Source of the DNA: Vicugna vicugna
Taxonomy: Eukaryota
Length of the DNA: 64,000 nt
Reading direction: 5' to 3'
NCBI GenBank assembly: GCA_013265495.1
Contig: MU057711.1
Location: forward strand, 124,001-188,000
The notes below the pieces were generated by a model that worked only from the letters and a program-made list of their open reading frames with translations, ran no database searches and was not told where the DNA came from. The position numbers and the translations under genes were made by a program. Below, piece by piece: positions 1 to 12,400 of this stretch (position 1 is its first letter; the number at the start of each line of letters is the position of its first letter).

Positions 1-294
1 TACACTGTAGTTAGGCTCACAGTTCCCTATGACAAGTACAGATTATCTCACATGACAGTTATATTTTTATCCAACTGGAAAGTTAGTTACATTTTTCTAC
101 TATTTTCAGGGGTTGAAGGCCATATATAATAGTTTGCCTTGTGTCTCTTGATATTAATTAAGCAATCTCTGGCAGTGGGGTCACGTAGTCCACTATGTGT
201 GCTTTTACTGTCAAAAAGAATACAGTGATAATCTGATAGCTTTTTAGTTCTACCTGTTCATGTACTGGAACAGAATGAAATAACAACTAATCTT

Positions 295-510
295 ACTGTC
301 TTACACTACAGGCACCATGCTAGGTGATCTGCATATATTCTCTGATTTTATTCCTTACTCTGCAAGGTAGGAACTATTAACATTCTCTTTTTTACAGATG
401 AGGAGTTTGAAGCTCAGGCAAATAATTTGCTCAGCTGGTCAGCAGTAGAGCCAGGATTGGAATCCAGATCCATTCTAAAGCCTGCATTCTTAACCACAAT
501 GGTTCACTGT
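295..510 (-). mobile_element. MIR SINE
   Basis: ttttacagatgaggag..gaagctcagg..agagccaggattggaatccag core. Confidence 0.75.
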
Positions 511-559
511 CTTCCTTTGCTGGAAGAGAACTGGCTTTCTCTCATTTTCATTCCTTCCT

Positions 560-1600
560 TAGTCATTCAAATAGGTATCCCTAGGCACCGAGGTTTTCAG
601 GAGCAGAGCAGCTAAAATGGTAACTGTCCTTAAGAGGTGACACTCTACCAGAGGAAAGAGAAAAGACAATTATAACAGAGTAGTAGCCATTACACTGGGG
701 GTGAGAGAAAGCTTCCTAGAAAAAGAGAGGTCTCCGTTGAGAGCTGAAGGATATGTACAAATCAAGCAGGTGAAATGAAGGCAGGGGGGTGTTCAGAGTA
801 TCTTGGACATGAAGCACAAAGAGACGGGGGTTGTGAGAGGCTGGAGCACTAGGTAGAAACCAGATCAGGAAGGTCCATTTATGTTATGGCAAGGAGCATG
901 GAATTCTTCCTGTTGGTAATGAAATGGCATTAAGATATTTTAACAAGCATGTGGTAAGATCAAATCTCTATTGTAGAAGTTAGAATGCCACCTGGAGCCT
1001 GGACTTGAAGAGAAGGAGACCAGTCAGGAGACTGTCAACGGTAAAGTAAGCAAGATGAAATAGTGGTCTAAACACAGGTTGTTCAAACATTGGTTACTAT
1101 GTTAAGAGGCAAAGTCATGAAGATTTGGGAACTGATTAGATGTGAGGAGTGAGAAAGAAGGAGAACAAGAATGACTCTTGTAAATGGCTTGACATCTGAG
1201 GAGATGGTGTTGCCACCATTGAGACAGGAAGCAAAGCAGGATGAGAAGGTTTTGAGGGAAAGATAACATGTTCTGTTTTGGACAAGTTGAGTTTGAAATG
1301 GGTCAGGTTATAGGAATGGTAAAATCCATAAAAGAAACCTGGGGTGGAGATACAATTTGGGAGTTGGTGGCACAACTAATGTAACTGATGTAAGAGATGG
1401 AAGTGCCCAAGGAGAGTGTTTGGTTTAAAAAGGGAAGAAGGCTGACAAAACTGAACTTTGTCCACATTTATGGATCAGAGAGAGTAAGAGGAGCCCATAG
1501 AAGGTTCTGAAAAGAAAAAAATACAGGTTTCACTGTGGTCAAAGAGAGCAAGTGTCTCATGGACAGAAGAGATATGTCAGTGCTGCCTAGAGGTTAAATA
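560..1600 (-). mobile_element. LINE-2 relic
   Basis: Purine-rich L2-like sequence (gatcaaatc..tgattagatgtgagg..gaatgactc..ttggacaagttgagtttgaaatg..gagatacaatttgggagt). Confidence 0.65.
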
Positions 1601-1844
1601 AGAGAAAAAAGGATAGGAGGTTGTATGTGGTCAGAGTTCTGGGAGATAAAGCCTAGGTGTGTCCGTGGGACTGCTGCCTGAAATGAGGTGTGTGGGTTAT
1701 GGACCATGGAGACAATTATTAAATGGAACAGATTATGTTTTGTTCACATAGGCACATGATAACTGCTCAATAAATATCTGTTGACTGAATGAGCAAATTG
1801 GAAGAATCATATTGGTAGCAGAATCTGAAACTAACTAAATCTTT

Positions 1845-2205
1845 ATCTTGGTTTTCAAACCAAGAGTAATTATCCTTTACTGGGTCATGAAATCAATTTC
1901 ATCAACATCTTAAAATAAAGTGTAAAAATATGAAAACATATGTATGTTCATGTATGACTGAAGCATTATGCTGTAAACCAGAAATAGATACACTGTAAAC
2001 TGACTATACTTCGATAAAAATATACAAAATAAAATAAAATAAAGTGTATCATACACAGTATGAGTAAATCTTGTCATATAAAATGTTTATACATGTATAG
2101 GTATATATCTATAAAAATACAAGGTGTAACTATGTGTGTACAGGTTATGATATAAAATATTTTCTTACCAAAGTTCTTAGTCAGAAATACTTTAAATCCA
2201 CTGCA
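1845..2205. mobile_element. hAT-Charlie-like non-autonomous DNA transposon relic (host of the short L1)
   Basis: gggtcatgaaatcaattt...gatataaaatattttcttac...tttaaatccactg resembles MER-type hAT elements; family from memory. Confidence 0.5.
1925..2034 (+). mobile_element. Very short L1 3' tail inserted in a hAT-like DNA element
   Basis: L1 3'-end sequence (atgttcatgtatgactgaagcattatgctgta...), A-rich tail, 14-bp TSD TAAAATAAAGTGTA at 1911-1924 and 2035-2048. Confidence 0.8.
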
Positions 2206-4974
2206 TCAAGCCATGTAATATCATCCCCATTTTTAAAAATGAGGAGACTAAATCTCAAAGAACAAAAGGAACTTGCCCAAAACCCAGGCTGTGAGGGGAA
2301 GAACCCAAAAGCCAACCTGGTTGGATGCCATGGCCACCACTCCCTATAGGACTTCGGCTTGGGCCACCTGGAGCCAGTGTGTGTGTTAGTTAAAAAACTG
2401 TTCATTTGCCTTTCTGTGATTATAAATATCCGGAATAGACTTCCATTAGGTACCAAATGCCCAGCTGACATCAACTATTTTGTCTGATCTCAACAGCTTT
2501 TAAAGACTTAATTTATTGGTTAGTGATTCAAATGACGAAACCGATCACGCATATAAGGAGACTATTCTTATTTCTAGAACCATAAAACATAAACATAGAT
2601 ATCTTTGCATAGAACCAAAGAATAGATGTACAACATATTAGAATCCCATGTACTAAAACATAGTTGTGATTTTAACACACGAGAAAAATTGTACCTCATG
2701 CAACAAATACCACAGACTATTTGAATCAAAGGAAAAATTTCTATGCTGTTATCCTATACAATGACTAACATATTATACTAATATGATAAGAAAAAAATAA
2801 CTTAAAATATTTAGTGTTTTTTAAAAGATCACAAAGAGACTATAACTGTTATGACCAACATACTCCTCTTTCTGTGGAAATACAACTGTATAATAAGCAC
2901 TCATTATATTTGATACTTCAATTTTTTTTAAAAGATCATATTTGCAATATTTATAGCATTTGTTCCTTCCTCTACTTCATAATGAAAAAAAAAAGTTCAC
3001 CTTCTTTGTCAAAACACACCAAGCCAACAACACTGAGCTCACTGGAGCAATTTCTATTTTTTTACTTTAAGAAGTAGGGGCTCAAAAGTTAAAGATTCAT
3101 GTGCAAAAAACAAGATAAACCCAGAATGTGGAACATATACATGTGTTCTGGACTCTTCAAAAAATGGATATCTTTAAAAATAAAAAAGCAAGAGTTCAGC
3201 TAGACTAGGAGAGGTTATAGAGAAATAACTACCAAATACACATGTGACTTTTAATTGTGTCCTCAATAGGGAAGAAAAGCAGTTATGAAAGGTATTTTTG
3301 GAATAACTAGAAATGTGCAGATCTGATGAGTATAAAATGTTATTTTCTGGTTTTCATTTAATTTCTCTGATTCTATAGATGGTGAACACATCTGCTTATT
3401 GGCCTTCTTTATTTGTTTTTTTGTTATATATCTGCCCATATTTTTTCCCTATTTTTCTAATAGGTGGTCTTTTTTCTTGATTTATAATTCTTTAACTTGG
3501 AACTCAATTCATGCTTGGTTACATATATTGGAAATACCTTCTCCCAACTTGTTCCTTGTCTTTCCAATTTATTTTAATGATATCTTCTGATTAACGGAGG
3601 TTTTACATTTTAATGTAGTCCTTACATCATTAAAAATAAAATGAAATCACATACGGGTTCTTCTGTACATAGAATATGCTTAGAGAAACAATCTGGTAAA
3701 CACAGACCAAAGCAACAATGTTAATATCTATGGTTCAGGTAATATGGGACTTTTGTTTCCTGCATCATATATACCTATAATGTACAAATATTTAAAATAA
3801 GCTCTGTTACTACTGGGGGAACTTGCAAAGAGTTTATGGATAGTTTTCAGGGTGTTCATGAACACAAAATTTTATTTTTATGGGCCATTTTCCAGGGAGA
3901 GGTTTCGTAACTTTCCCCAGATTGTCAAGAGTTAAGGACCACAACAATATCGAGAATACAGCTCTACATAGTAATGCAAAATGTATAATAAACTGAAAGT
4001 TCAGAGGCAGAAAGGCTCTGGGATTCCATGGTGTGATTTTGGGGAAATTACTCAATCTCTCCATGTTGATTTCACAATATACACAATGTGGTTAATAAAA
4101 GAACTTGTTCCATGAGGATTAAATGAGTACATACAGACCGCTTACCATAGGGCCAGGCTCATTCTAAGTGCTCGATAAATGGTAGTGACCATCCTTATTA
4201 TTAATTCCTAATTCCATTTCAGATAAAGACTAAAAACAGTATGGCAGACTCAGTACTTTGATAGACTTTTGAGGGGAGAAGGAAGAAAGGGGTGGATATC
4301 CCTGGATTAAGTCCAGGTACTAGTAATAGGTATTAATATTTATAAAATAAGCAAGTGTAGTATTGCTACAACAGACTACTATCTCTGAAAAGTTTCCCTC
4401 AGAAGCGTTTAGGAATAAACATGTGTAAGTGTCAGAGAAATTATAGGATTCTTACAAAAAAACATTTTTTAATACTTTGTCTCCCTGGTGCACTATCCTT
4501 AACAGATAACATCAGAAACAACTAAAGCTTTTAGTAAACAGGTCTCTTCATCTTTGCTGATAAAGATCAACTATTATTTAGAACAGAATTTGAATCAGTT
4601 CAAGCTGAATTCTTTTAGAAAGGATTTATAAGATAATCTTAGGATATCTTAAGGGTTGAAATGGTTTAATTTGTATTTTTAGAAAAACAGACAGGACTCT
4701 TGAGAAATGTCTCTATTATTTTCTACATCTGCTTAGATAAAATTCCCACAGCCAACACTTCTAAGTTTTATATATGAGTTCTGAGAAACCACTCTGGTGT
4801 TTTAAAAGAAAACCCACTCAATAATATATGTTTGAACTTCTGCAAACACCATTTTTATCAAAAGCTCTCTTTGTTAGCTGTTAAATTTTTAGCAGAAAGA
4901 GGCCTACCAATATGGGACAGTCTAAGCACCTAAAAATATGCTAGCTCTCTTCAGATTCTGTTCTGCTGCCAAAA

Positions 4975-6100
4975 TTGTTACTATTTATTCAGCATATAAC
5001 CATCAAGTCCCTATTTAGTGTCCAGCTCTGTTCTAGGCACTGGAGAAACAACAGTGAACAAAACAACAACAAAATCACTGCCCTCCTGGAGTTTATGCTA
5101 TAGTATGAGAAGATATATTAAAAAAAAAAAGAAGTATATAGTATTTTGGCAAGTGAAAGGGCTTTGAAGAAAAACAAAAGCAGAGAAAGGGCAAAGGGGA
5201 GTGCTTGGGAGTTGCAATTTCAGATACATCAGGCCTCAGTGAGAAATTATATGACATTTGAATGAAGGTATGAAGGAAGTAAAATTTATTTGGTGAAACA
5301 GCTTGAAAGAGGTGATATGGGTATCTGGAGGAATAATATTCCAGCCAGAGAAAACAGCTACTGGAACCAAGCCTTAAGACTGAACCTTGCTTTCAACTGT
5401 TTAAGAAACACCAAGGAGTTAAGTGTATTCAGTGCAAGGCATCAAGTGGGAAGGTGAAATACGCAGTCAGAGAGGTGATGGTGAGCCAAAGGATGTGGGG
5501 CCTAGCAGGCCATCTTCTGGACTTCAGTTAGTTAGCTAAATGTTAACAAAGAAGCTACTGGAAAACTTCAGTATGTGTGACACGACCTGATTTTCATTTT
5601 TAAAGGATTATAGCAACTCATATATTGAAAATAGAATGTATGGGGGCAAGAGTGGAAGCAGGGGAACAGTAACTGGAATAATTCAGGTAAGAAATGATGT
5701 TTTCTTGGACCAGGATGGTTACAGTGGAGACATGAGAAGTAGTCAGGTTGTGGATATATTTTTTAAGCAGAATATAAAACATTTCTTGACAGACTTGATG
5801 TTGGGTGTGATAGAAAGGGGAGGCAAGGATGATGCTAACATTTTGACAGAGGACCTGGAAGGATGGGGCTGCCATCTAATGAGATGGGAATATTACGGGT
5901 TGAGGAGGTTTGAAGGGAAAGGTTAGGGATGCAGTTTGGGAAACACAGCCTGAAATGTCTTATCAGACAGTGGCTGGTAGGTAGCTGGACATGTGATTCT
6001 GGGGCTCGAAGGGAGGTCCAGCCTGGAGATGCATAAATTTGGGAGTCATTAGCATGCAGATGATGATTAAAGACATGAGATCACTAGGGGTGTGTAAGGA
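4975..6100 (-). mobile_element. LINE-2 (L2a-like) relic including 3' end
   Basis: ctctgttctaggcactggagaaacaacagtgaacaaaac... and downstream L2 body. Confidence 0.75.
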
Positions 6101-6461
6101 AAGAAATATGAGAATCCTGTATAGCTCCAGCAAATGCACTGTAAACAAATGATACTCTTGCGTATTAATGTGCATCTGGGTCTGAAATTCTGCTGCATTT
6201 AAAAACATTTAGACACAAATTAGTGTATTTAAAAATCAAGCTTAACTTCTGAATACAGCATGAATAGAATGATGTCATGCTATAATGACATCCTGGAGGT
6301 TCATGCTATCGCAGCTCTTGAGTCTGGTGACCTTATTTTTCATCTTTGGATCCTTATTTTCTAGCATAATAAATGGCAGAGTAGAGGCTCAATGAATAAT
6401 TATTGAATTTCATAATTATTGAAAACGTATTTGTGGCAGTAAAGAAATTTTCAGGTCATGA

Positions 6462-6825
6462 TCAAATGCAAATCAAAACCACAACAATAGGGTGAGTACA
6501 GTTCAGTGGTAGAGTGTGCTTAGCACATGGGAGGTCCTGGGTTCAATCCCTAGTACCCCCATTAAAACAAACAAATAAACAAACAAACAAAAACCACAAC
6601 AAGGTATCACCTCACACCTGTTAGTATGGCTGCCATAAAAAGACAAACAACAAATCTAGTGGGGATGTGGAGAAAAGGGAACCCTTGTGCACTCCTGGTG
6701 GGATCGTAAATTGGCATGGCCACCATGGAAAACAGTATGAAAGGTCCTCAAAAATTAAAAACAGAACTACCATATGATTCAGCAATTCCACTTCTGGGAA
6801 TATATCTGAAGGAAACGGAAACACC
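6462..6825 (+). mobile_element. L1 ORF2-end fragment (host of the SINE)
   Basis: aaatgcaaatcaaaaccacaa...cacctcacacctgttagtatggct...ggtgggatcgtaaattgg typical of the L1 3' region. Confidence 0.8.
6490..6589 (+). mobile_element. tRNA-derived SINE, vic-1-like (camelid), inserted in an old L1
   Basis: tRNA-like A box (agttcagtggtagag) and B box (ggttcaatccc), (AAAC)n tail, TSD AAAACCACAACAA at 6475-6487 and 6590-6602. Confidence 0.85.
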
Positions 6826-7099
6826 TCACCAATAGATCAGCCTCTAAGTTCCTTCACTTGATTGCCTTTTAGGGCTGGATGCTAGAACCGTGACAATTAT
6901 TTGGCAGGAACAAGATGGCAAGGTGGAGTGCTTAGAGAGGTTGTTATAATCTATCTGACTTGGTTGCTATAATCTGTCTGACCTGTCACAGCCAAAATGT
7001 TATCTTTGCTTGATAAATGCATGTATCAGAGATATTACATTACCCTTTCTCATCAGTTTGTACAGTGACCACAGACAGTTAGAGGCATCCATTTGCTTA

Positions 7100-7505
7100 G
7101 GGCGGCAGTTCTCAGGCTTTTTGGTGTCAGGATCTTTTTTGCACTCTTGAAAATTACTGAGGATTCCAAAGATGTTTTGTTCATTTGATATATTTGAATT
7201 GTATCTATTGATATTAATAGATATAATGTTGATGGAATTTACTGTATTAAAATTAAAATGGAAACATTTTAAAAACATAAGAATATGTAAACACAAAACA
7301 AGAGGTCAGAGAAATGAAGTCATTACACATTTCAAAGTTTCTGGAAAACTCCACTGTATACTTGTGAGAGAATGAAAGTAAGAATAACAGAGGAAAGAAT
7401 AAAAAAGCAAATAATGTCTTCTAGTTCTTACGAAAATTACTCAGACTTCATGGATTCTCCAAAGGGTCTTTGGGATCCTCAGGGATACCCAGACCACAGA
7501 GAGGT
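7100..7505. mobile_element. hAT-Charlie-like DNA transposon relic
   Basis: cagttctcaggctttttggtgtcaggatc...cactcttgaaaattactgagga... ending in a gggatccTcagg-type terminus. Confidence 0.55.
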
Positions 7506-9381
7506 AGAGATTAAGGTTTTTACAGCAGGGCAGCAAAAAAGAGCCAATATTCAGCTTTTGATTTCCAAAATGGCAGTTTTTGAGTTTTTAGCCAAAAAAA
7601 AAGTATTTAAAGTCAGGCTATGTTGAAATGAAATGGAATGAAATGAGCTACTTAAACCCCCAGAATTCTGTTTACCTATTAAAAGTAAAACCTAGGTATC
7701 TGAACAAATTTTACTTTAAGCCACAGGTAGAAAGAACTCAAGTCTAGATGTCAGCTACTGTGGGAGGCAATGAAAAGGCTTGGGGTAAAGAGGAGGAGTC
7801 AGAGATTGCTGGAAGACAGATCAGAGTCATGGCCAGTTTCCTTGACCCCCTCTTCTGGCCTCAATGTGAGGGTTCAACCTGGAGGGGGACAATGATGAAG
7901 ATGAAAGGAAAGCAGAATACAAAGGGAGACCAGAGCCTTGCTTCCTGTTGGAATTTGGGGAAAAGCCTGTCTTTTGAGATGATTATGTATAGGGGTTATC
8001 CTCACAGAACAAAAAAACATCATAGAGGGTCTTAACCTAGTATTCTCAAATTTCTCTTAATTTTCATGTGTAGAAAAGAGGCTTAAGATTCCCTGAGGTG
8101 AACATAAACAGTAGCCAAATTGAGGACCAGTGGATCTTCCATGGGCTACTATGGTACAAGGCAAATTAATTCCATGGTAAAGGATGGACAATGGACAGTC
8201 CAAGTCAGAGGGCTGAGTGAAGAGGTGGAGCTTAAGAGGAATCCATTAGAACAGTGAGATTCAAGGCATAATCAAGTCAACTAGGGAAGACTTTGAGGCT
8301 CTCAATGAGCCAGGAGAAGAGATCAGGAGGTCCTCAGCTGCCAACTTCAGCAGCAAATGCTAGCAGGGCACTCAACACACAAGGGCCATCATTGTGATGG
8401 GCACAAGGACCTCAGGGCAGATACAAAAACCCATCCTTCCAATTCCTGGAGGACATACAAGCCTATCCTCAGGCTCATGTAGCTGCCATGTTTGCTAGAA
8501 GAAGAAATAGGTTAAGATCCAGAAAAACCAATAAATTAAAATCCTCAAAAGACCAAGATACATACTGCTAATTGAGAACTTTAAATTTTGTTTCTCCCAT
8601 GTCTGCCCAAGGCACAGTCTTGATTTTAGAAAACAAAGAGGCTATGTTTCCTGTGTACAACTATGTTGTAATTTGTTAAAATTTTAATGCGAATATTCAT
8701 GATATTCCTTTTAAAGTGAGTCCTCTTTTACTTAAATGTAATAAATCTCATGTTGAAATGACCAATGATTGGGACTATTCCTTTTACTTATGGAAAACCT
8801 GTAAGAAGGTTTTGATAACCCACATGCTCTATAAGGGAGGACACAGATAAACAATAAGTGCAGGAATTAATTCCTCAGTAGCAAGGGAGGAATTAGGAAG
8901 CCTGTGCTGCCAAATAAGGAATCCTCGGGGCTCTCAACACAAGGAGATGTGTATCTAAAGAGAGAACGAAAACATCAACAAGAAAATCCAACTGGATCAA
9001 AGATTTAAATGCAAAAATATAAAAGGATCAAATACATTTTAATGGCATTTTCCAAGGGAAGTGAAATAAGTAAGACAGAGAAAGACAAATACCGTATGAT
9101 CTCTTTTATATGTGGAATCTAAAACAAACAAACAAAACAAAAAACCCCAGCTCATTCAGGGTGTAATCAAACAAGAGGCCAGAAAGGCAAGACAGGCCCA
9201 GCCACAGGACATTTAGAAAACAGAAATTTGGATATTATCTGGGAAGTAATGGGGAACCAGGGAAGGTTTTTGAAGCGGGAGTGGCCTGGCCCTTAGTGCT
9301 TGAAGGTGGTCATTCAGCAGAATGTCCAAGATGAATGGGCCAAAGAAGCAAGAGATGAGGAAAAAGACCCAGTTAGGAGGG

Positions 9382-9382
<1 letters not shown>

Positions 9383-9454
<72 letters not shown>

Positions 9455-9457
9455 TTA
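9383..9457. repeat. Compound microsatellite (CTTG)n(ATTT)n derived from the L1 poly-A tail
   Basis: About 9 CTTG units followed by about 8 ATTT units. Confidence 0.95.
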
Positions 9458-12400
9458 TTTTTGCTTATAATTTTATATTTAAAAATTTTTTAACTTTTAA
9501 ATTGAAGTACAGTTGATTTATAATATCATATTAGTTTCAGGCATACAGCAAAGTGATTCAGTGATAAATATATATGTATACATATCCTTTTTTCAATTCT
9601 TTTCCATTATAGTTTATTATAAGATACTGAACATAGCTCCTTGTGCTATAGTGCTATACAGTAAATACTTGCTGTTTAAGTACTTTATACATGGTAGTGT
9701 GCATATGTTAATCCCATACTCCCAATTTATCCCTCTGCCCACTTTCCCCTTTGGTAACCATAAGTTTGTATTCTATGTCTGTGAGTCTGTTTCTGTTTTG
9801 CAAATAAGTTCATTTGTACTATTTTTTAGACTCCACATAAAAGTGATATCATAAAATATTTATCTTTCTCTGTCTGACTTACTTCACTTAGTATGATAAT
9901 CTCTATAGGTCTATCCATGTTCCTTCAAAAGGCATCATTTCATTCTTTTCATGTCTGAATAATATTCCATTGTATGTATGTGTATAAACACACACACATT
10001 TTTTTTAAATCCATTCATCTGTCTATGGACACCTAGGTTGCTTCCAGCTCTTGGCTATTGTAAATTGTGCTGCTATGAACACTGATGTGCACGTATCTTT
10101 TTGAATTAGAGTTTTCATTTTTTCCAGATATATATCCAAGATAGAGATTGCTGGATCATATGGTAACTCTATATTTAGTTTTTTAAGGAACCTCCATACT
10201 GTTCTCCATAGTGCTGCACCAATTTATACTCCTACCAAAAGTGTAGGAGGGTTCCCTTTTCCCACATCCTCTCCAGCATTTATAATTTGTAGACTTTTTG
10301 ATGATGGCTATTCTGATTGGTGTGAGGTGATATCTCATTGTAGTTTTGATTTGCAGTTCTAATAATTAGTGATGTTGAGCATCTTTTTATGTGCCTATTG
10401 GCCATCTGTAAGTCTTCTTTGAAGAAATATCTATTTAGGTCTTCTGCTCATGTCCAGATTGAGTTGTTTGTTATTGAGTTGAATGAGCTATTTATACATT
10501 TCGGAAATTAAGTCTTTGTCCGTGTATCATTTGCAAATATTTATTCCCATTCCATAGATTGTCTTTTTGTTTGTTTATGGTTTCCTTTGCTGTGCAAAAG
10601 CTTATAACTTTCATGAGTTCCCATTTATTTATTTTTGCTTTTATTTTTATTACCTTGGGAGACCAACCTAAGAAAATATTCCTACGATTTATGACAGAGA
10701 ATGTTTGCATGTGTCCTCTTCTAGAACTTCAATGGTGTCATGTCCTATATTTAAAGTCTTTAAGCCATTTTGAATACATTTTTGTGTATGGTGTGAGGGA
10801 GTGTTCTAAACTTTATTGATTTACATGTGGCTGTCCAGCTTTCCCAACACCATTTGCTGAAGAGGCTGTCTTTTCTCCATAGTATACCCTTGCCTGTTTT
10901 GTTAAATATTAATTGACCATAGGTGTGTGGGTTTCTGGGCTCCCTATCCTGTTCCATTGATCTATATGTCTGTTTTTGTGTCAATTATCACACTGCTTTG
11001 ATTACTACAGCTTTGTAGTATTATCTGAAGTCTGGAAAGGTTATGCATCCAGCTTTGTTTTTTCCCCCTCAAAACTGATATGGCAATTCTGAGTCTACTG
11101 TGGTTCCATATAAATTTTAGGATTCTTTGTTCTAGCTCTGTGAAAAATGTAATTCATAGGGATTGTATTAAATCTGTAGATTGCTTTGGGTAGTATGGCC
11201 ATTTAAAAAGTATCAATTCTTCCAATCCAAGAGAATAGAATATCTTTCTATTTTCATGAATCATGTTTGATTTCCTTCATCAATGATTAACAGTTTTCAG
11301 CTTTTAAGACTTTCACCTCCTTAGTTAGATTTATTCCTAGGTATTTTATTTCTTTGATCTGATTTTAAACGGAATTTTTTTAACCTTCTCTTTCTGATAT
11401 TTCATTGTTAGCATAAAGAAATGCAACAGATTTCTGTATGTTAATCTTGTATCCTGCAACCTTTCTGAATTCATTTAACGTTCTAATAGTTTTTGTGCAG
11501 TTTTTAGGGTTTTCTACATAGAATATCATGTCACATATATATAATGAAAATTTTACATCTCACTTTTCAATTTAGATCCTTTTTATTTCTTTTTCTTGTC
11601 TGCTGTAGCTAGGACTTCCAATATTATATTGAATAGAAGTGGTGAGAGTGGGCATCTTTGCCTTGTTCCAGAATTTAGCAGGAAGGCTTTCTGCTTTTCA
11701 GCATTTAATGTTATGTTGGCTGTGAGCTTGTCATAAATAGCTTTTATTATGTTGACATATGTTCCTTCTATATCCACTTTGGCAGGAGTTTTCATTATGA
11801 ATGGGTGTTGAACTGTATCAAATGCTTTTTCTGCATCTGTTGAGTGATCATGTGATTTTTGTCCTTTCTTTTGTTGATGTGGTGTGTCACACTGACTTAT
11901 TTGCATATGTTGAACCAGCCTTGTGACCCTGGGATGAATCCAGCTTGATCATGGTGCATGATCTTTTTTATGTATTGAATTTGACTTGCTAATTGTGCTG
12001 AGGATTTTTGCACCTACATTCATCAAAGATATCAAAGATATTGGCCTGTAATTTCCTTTTTTGGTAGTGTCTTTGTCTGATTTTGGTATCAGGATGATAG
12101 TGGATTCAAGGAATAACTTTGGGAGTGTTCCTGCCTCTTCAATCTTTTGGAATAGTTTGAGAAAGATAAGTATAAGTTGTTCTTCATACTAGAAAATTCT
12201 CGTCAAGCCATCTGGTCCTGGACTTTTGTCTGCTGGAAATTTTTTTTTTTAATTACAGTTTCTATTTTACTTCTAGTAATTGGTCTGTTCAATCTGTTTT
12301 ATTATCTGTTTCTTCTTGATTCAGGTTGGCAGTCTGTGTGTTTCTAGAAACTTGCCCATTACCTATAGGTTGCCTATTTTCTTGGTGTAACTATTCATAG

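Noticed and set aside
6490..6560. Possible tRNA genes here and at ~26726-26801
   Set aside because: TSDs, A-rich tails and disrupted stems identify them as SINEs.
7750..8720. Possible old LTR-like region
   Set aside because: Composition is suggestive, but no termini, TSD or family could be supported by eye.
11583..11906. RT-like ORFs here and at 50556-51166 as a possible novel RT system or active element
   Set aside because: They are ordinary frameshifted LINE-1 ORF2 fragments with no intact ORF.
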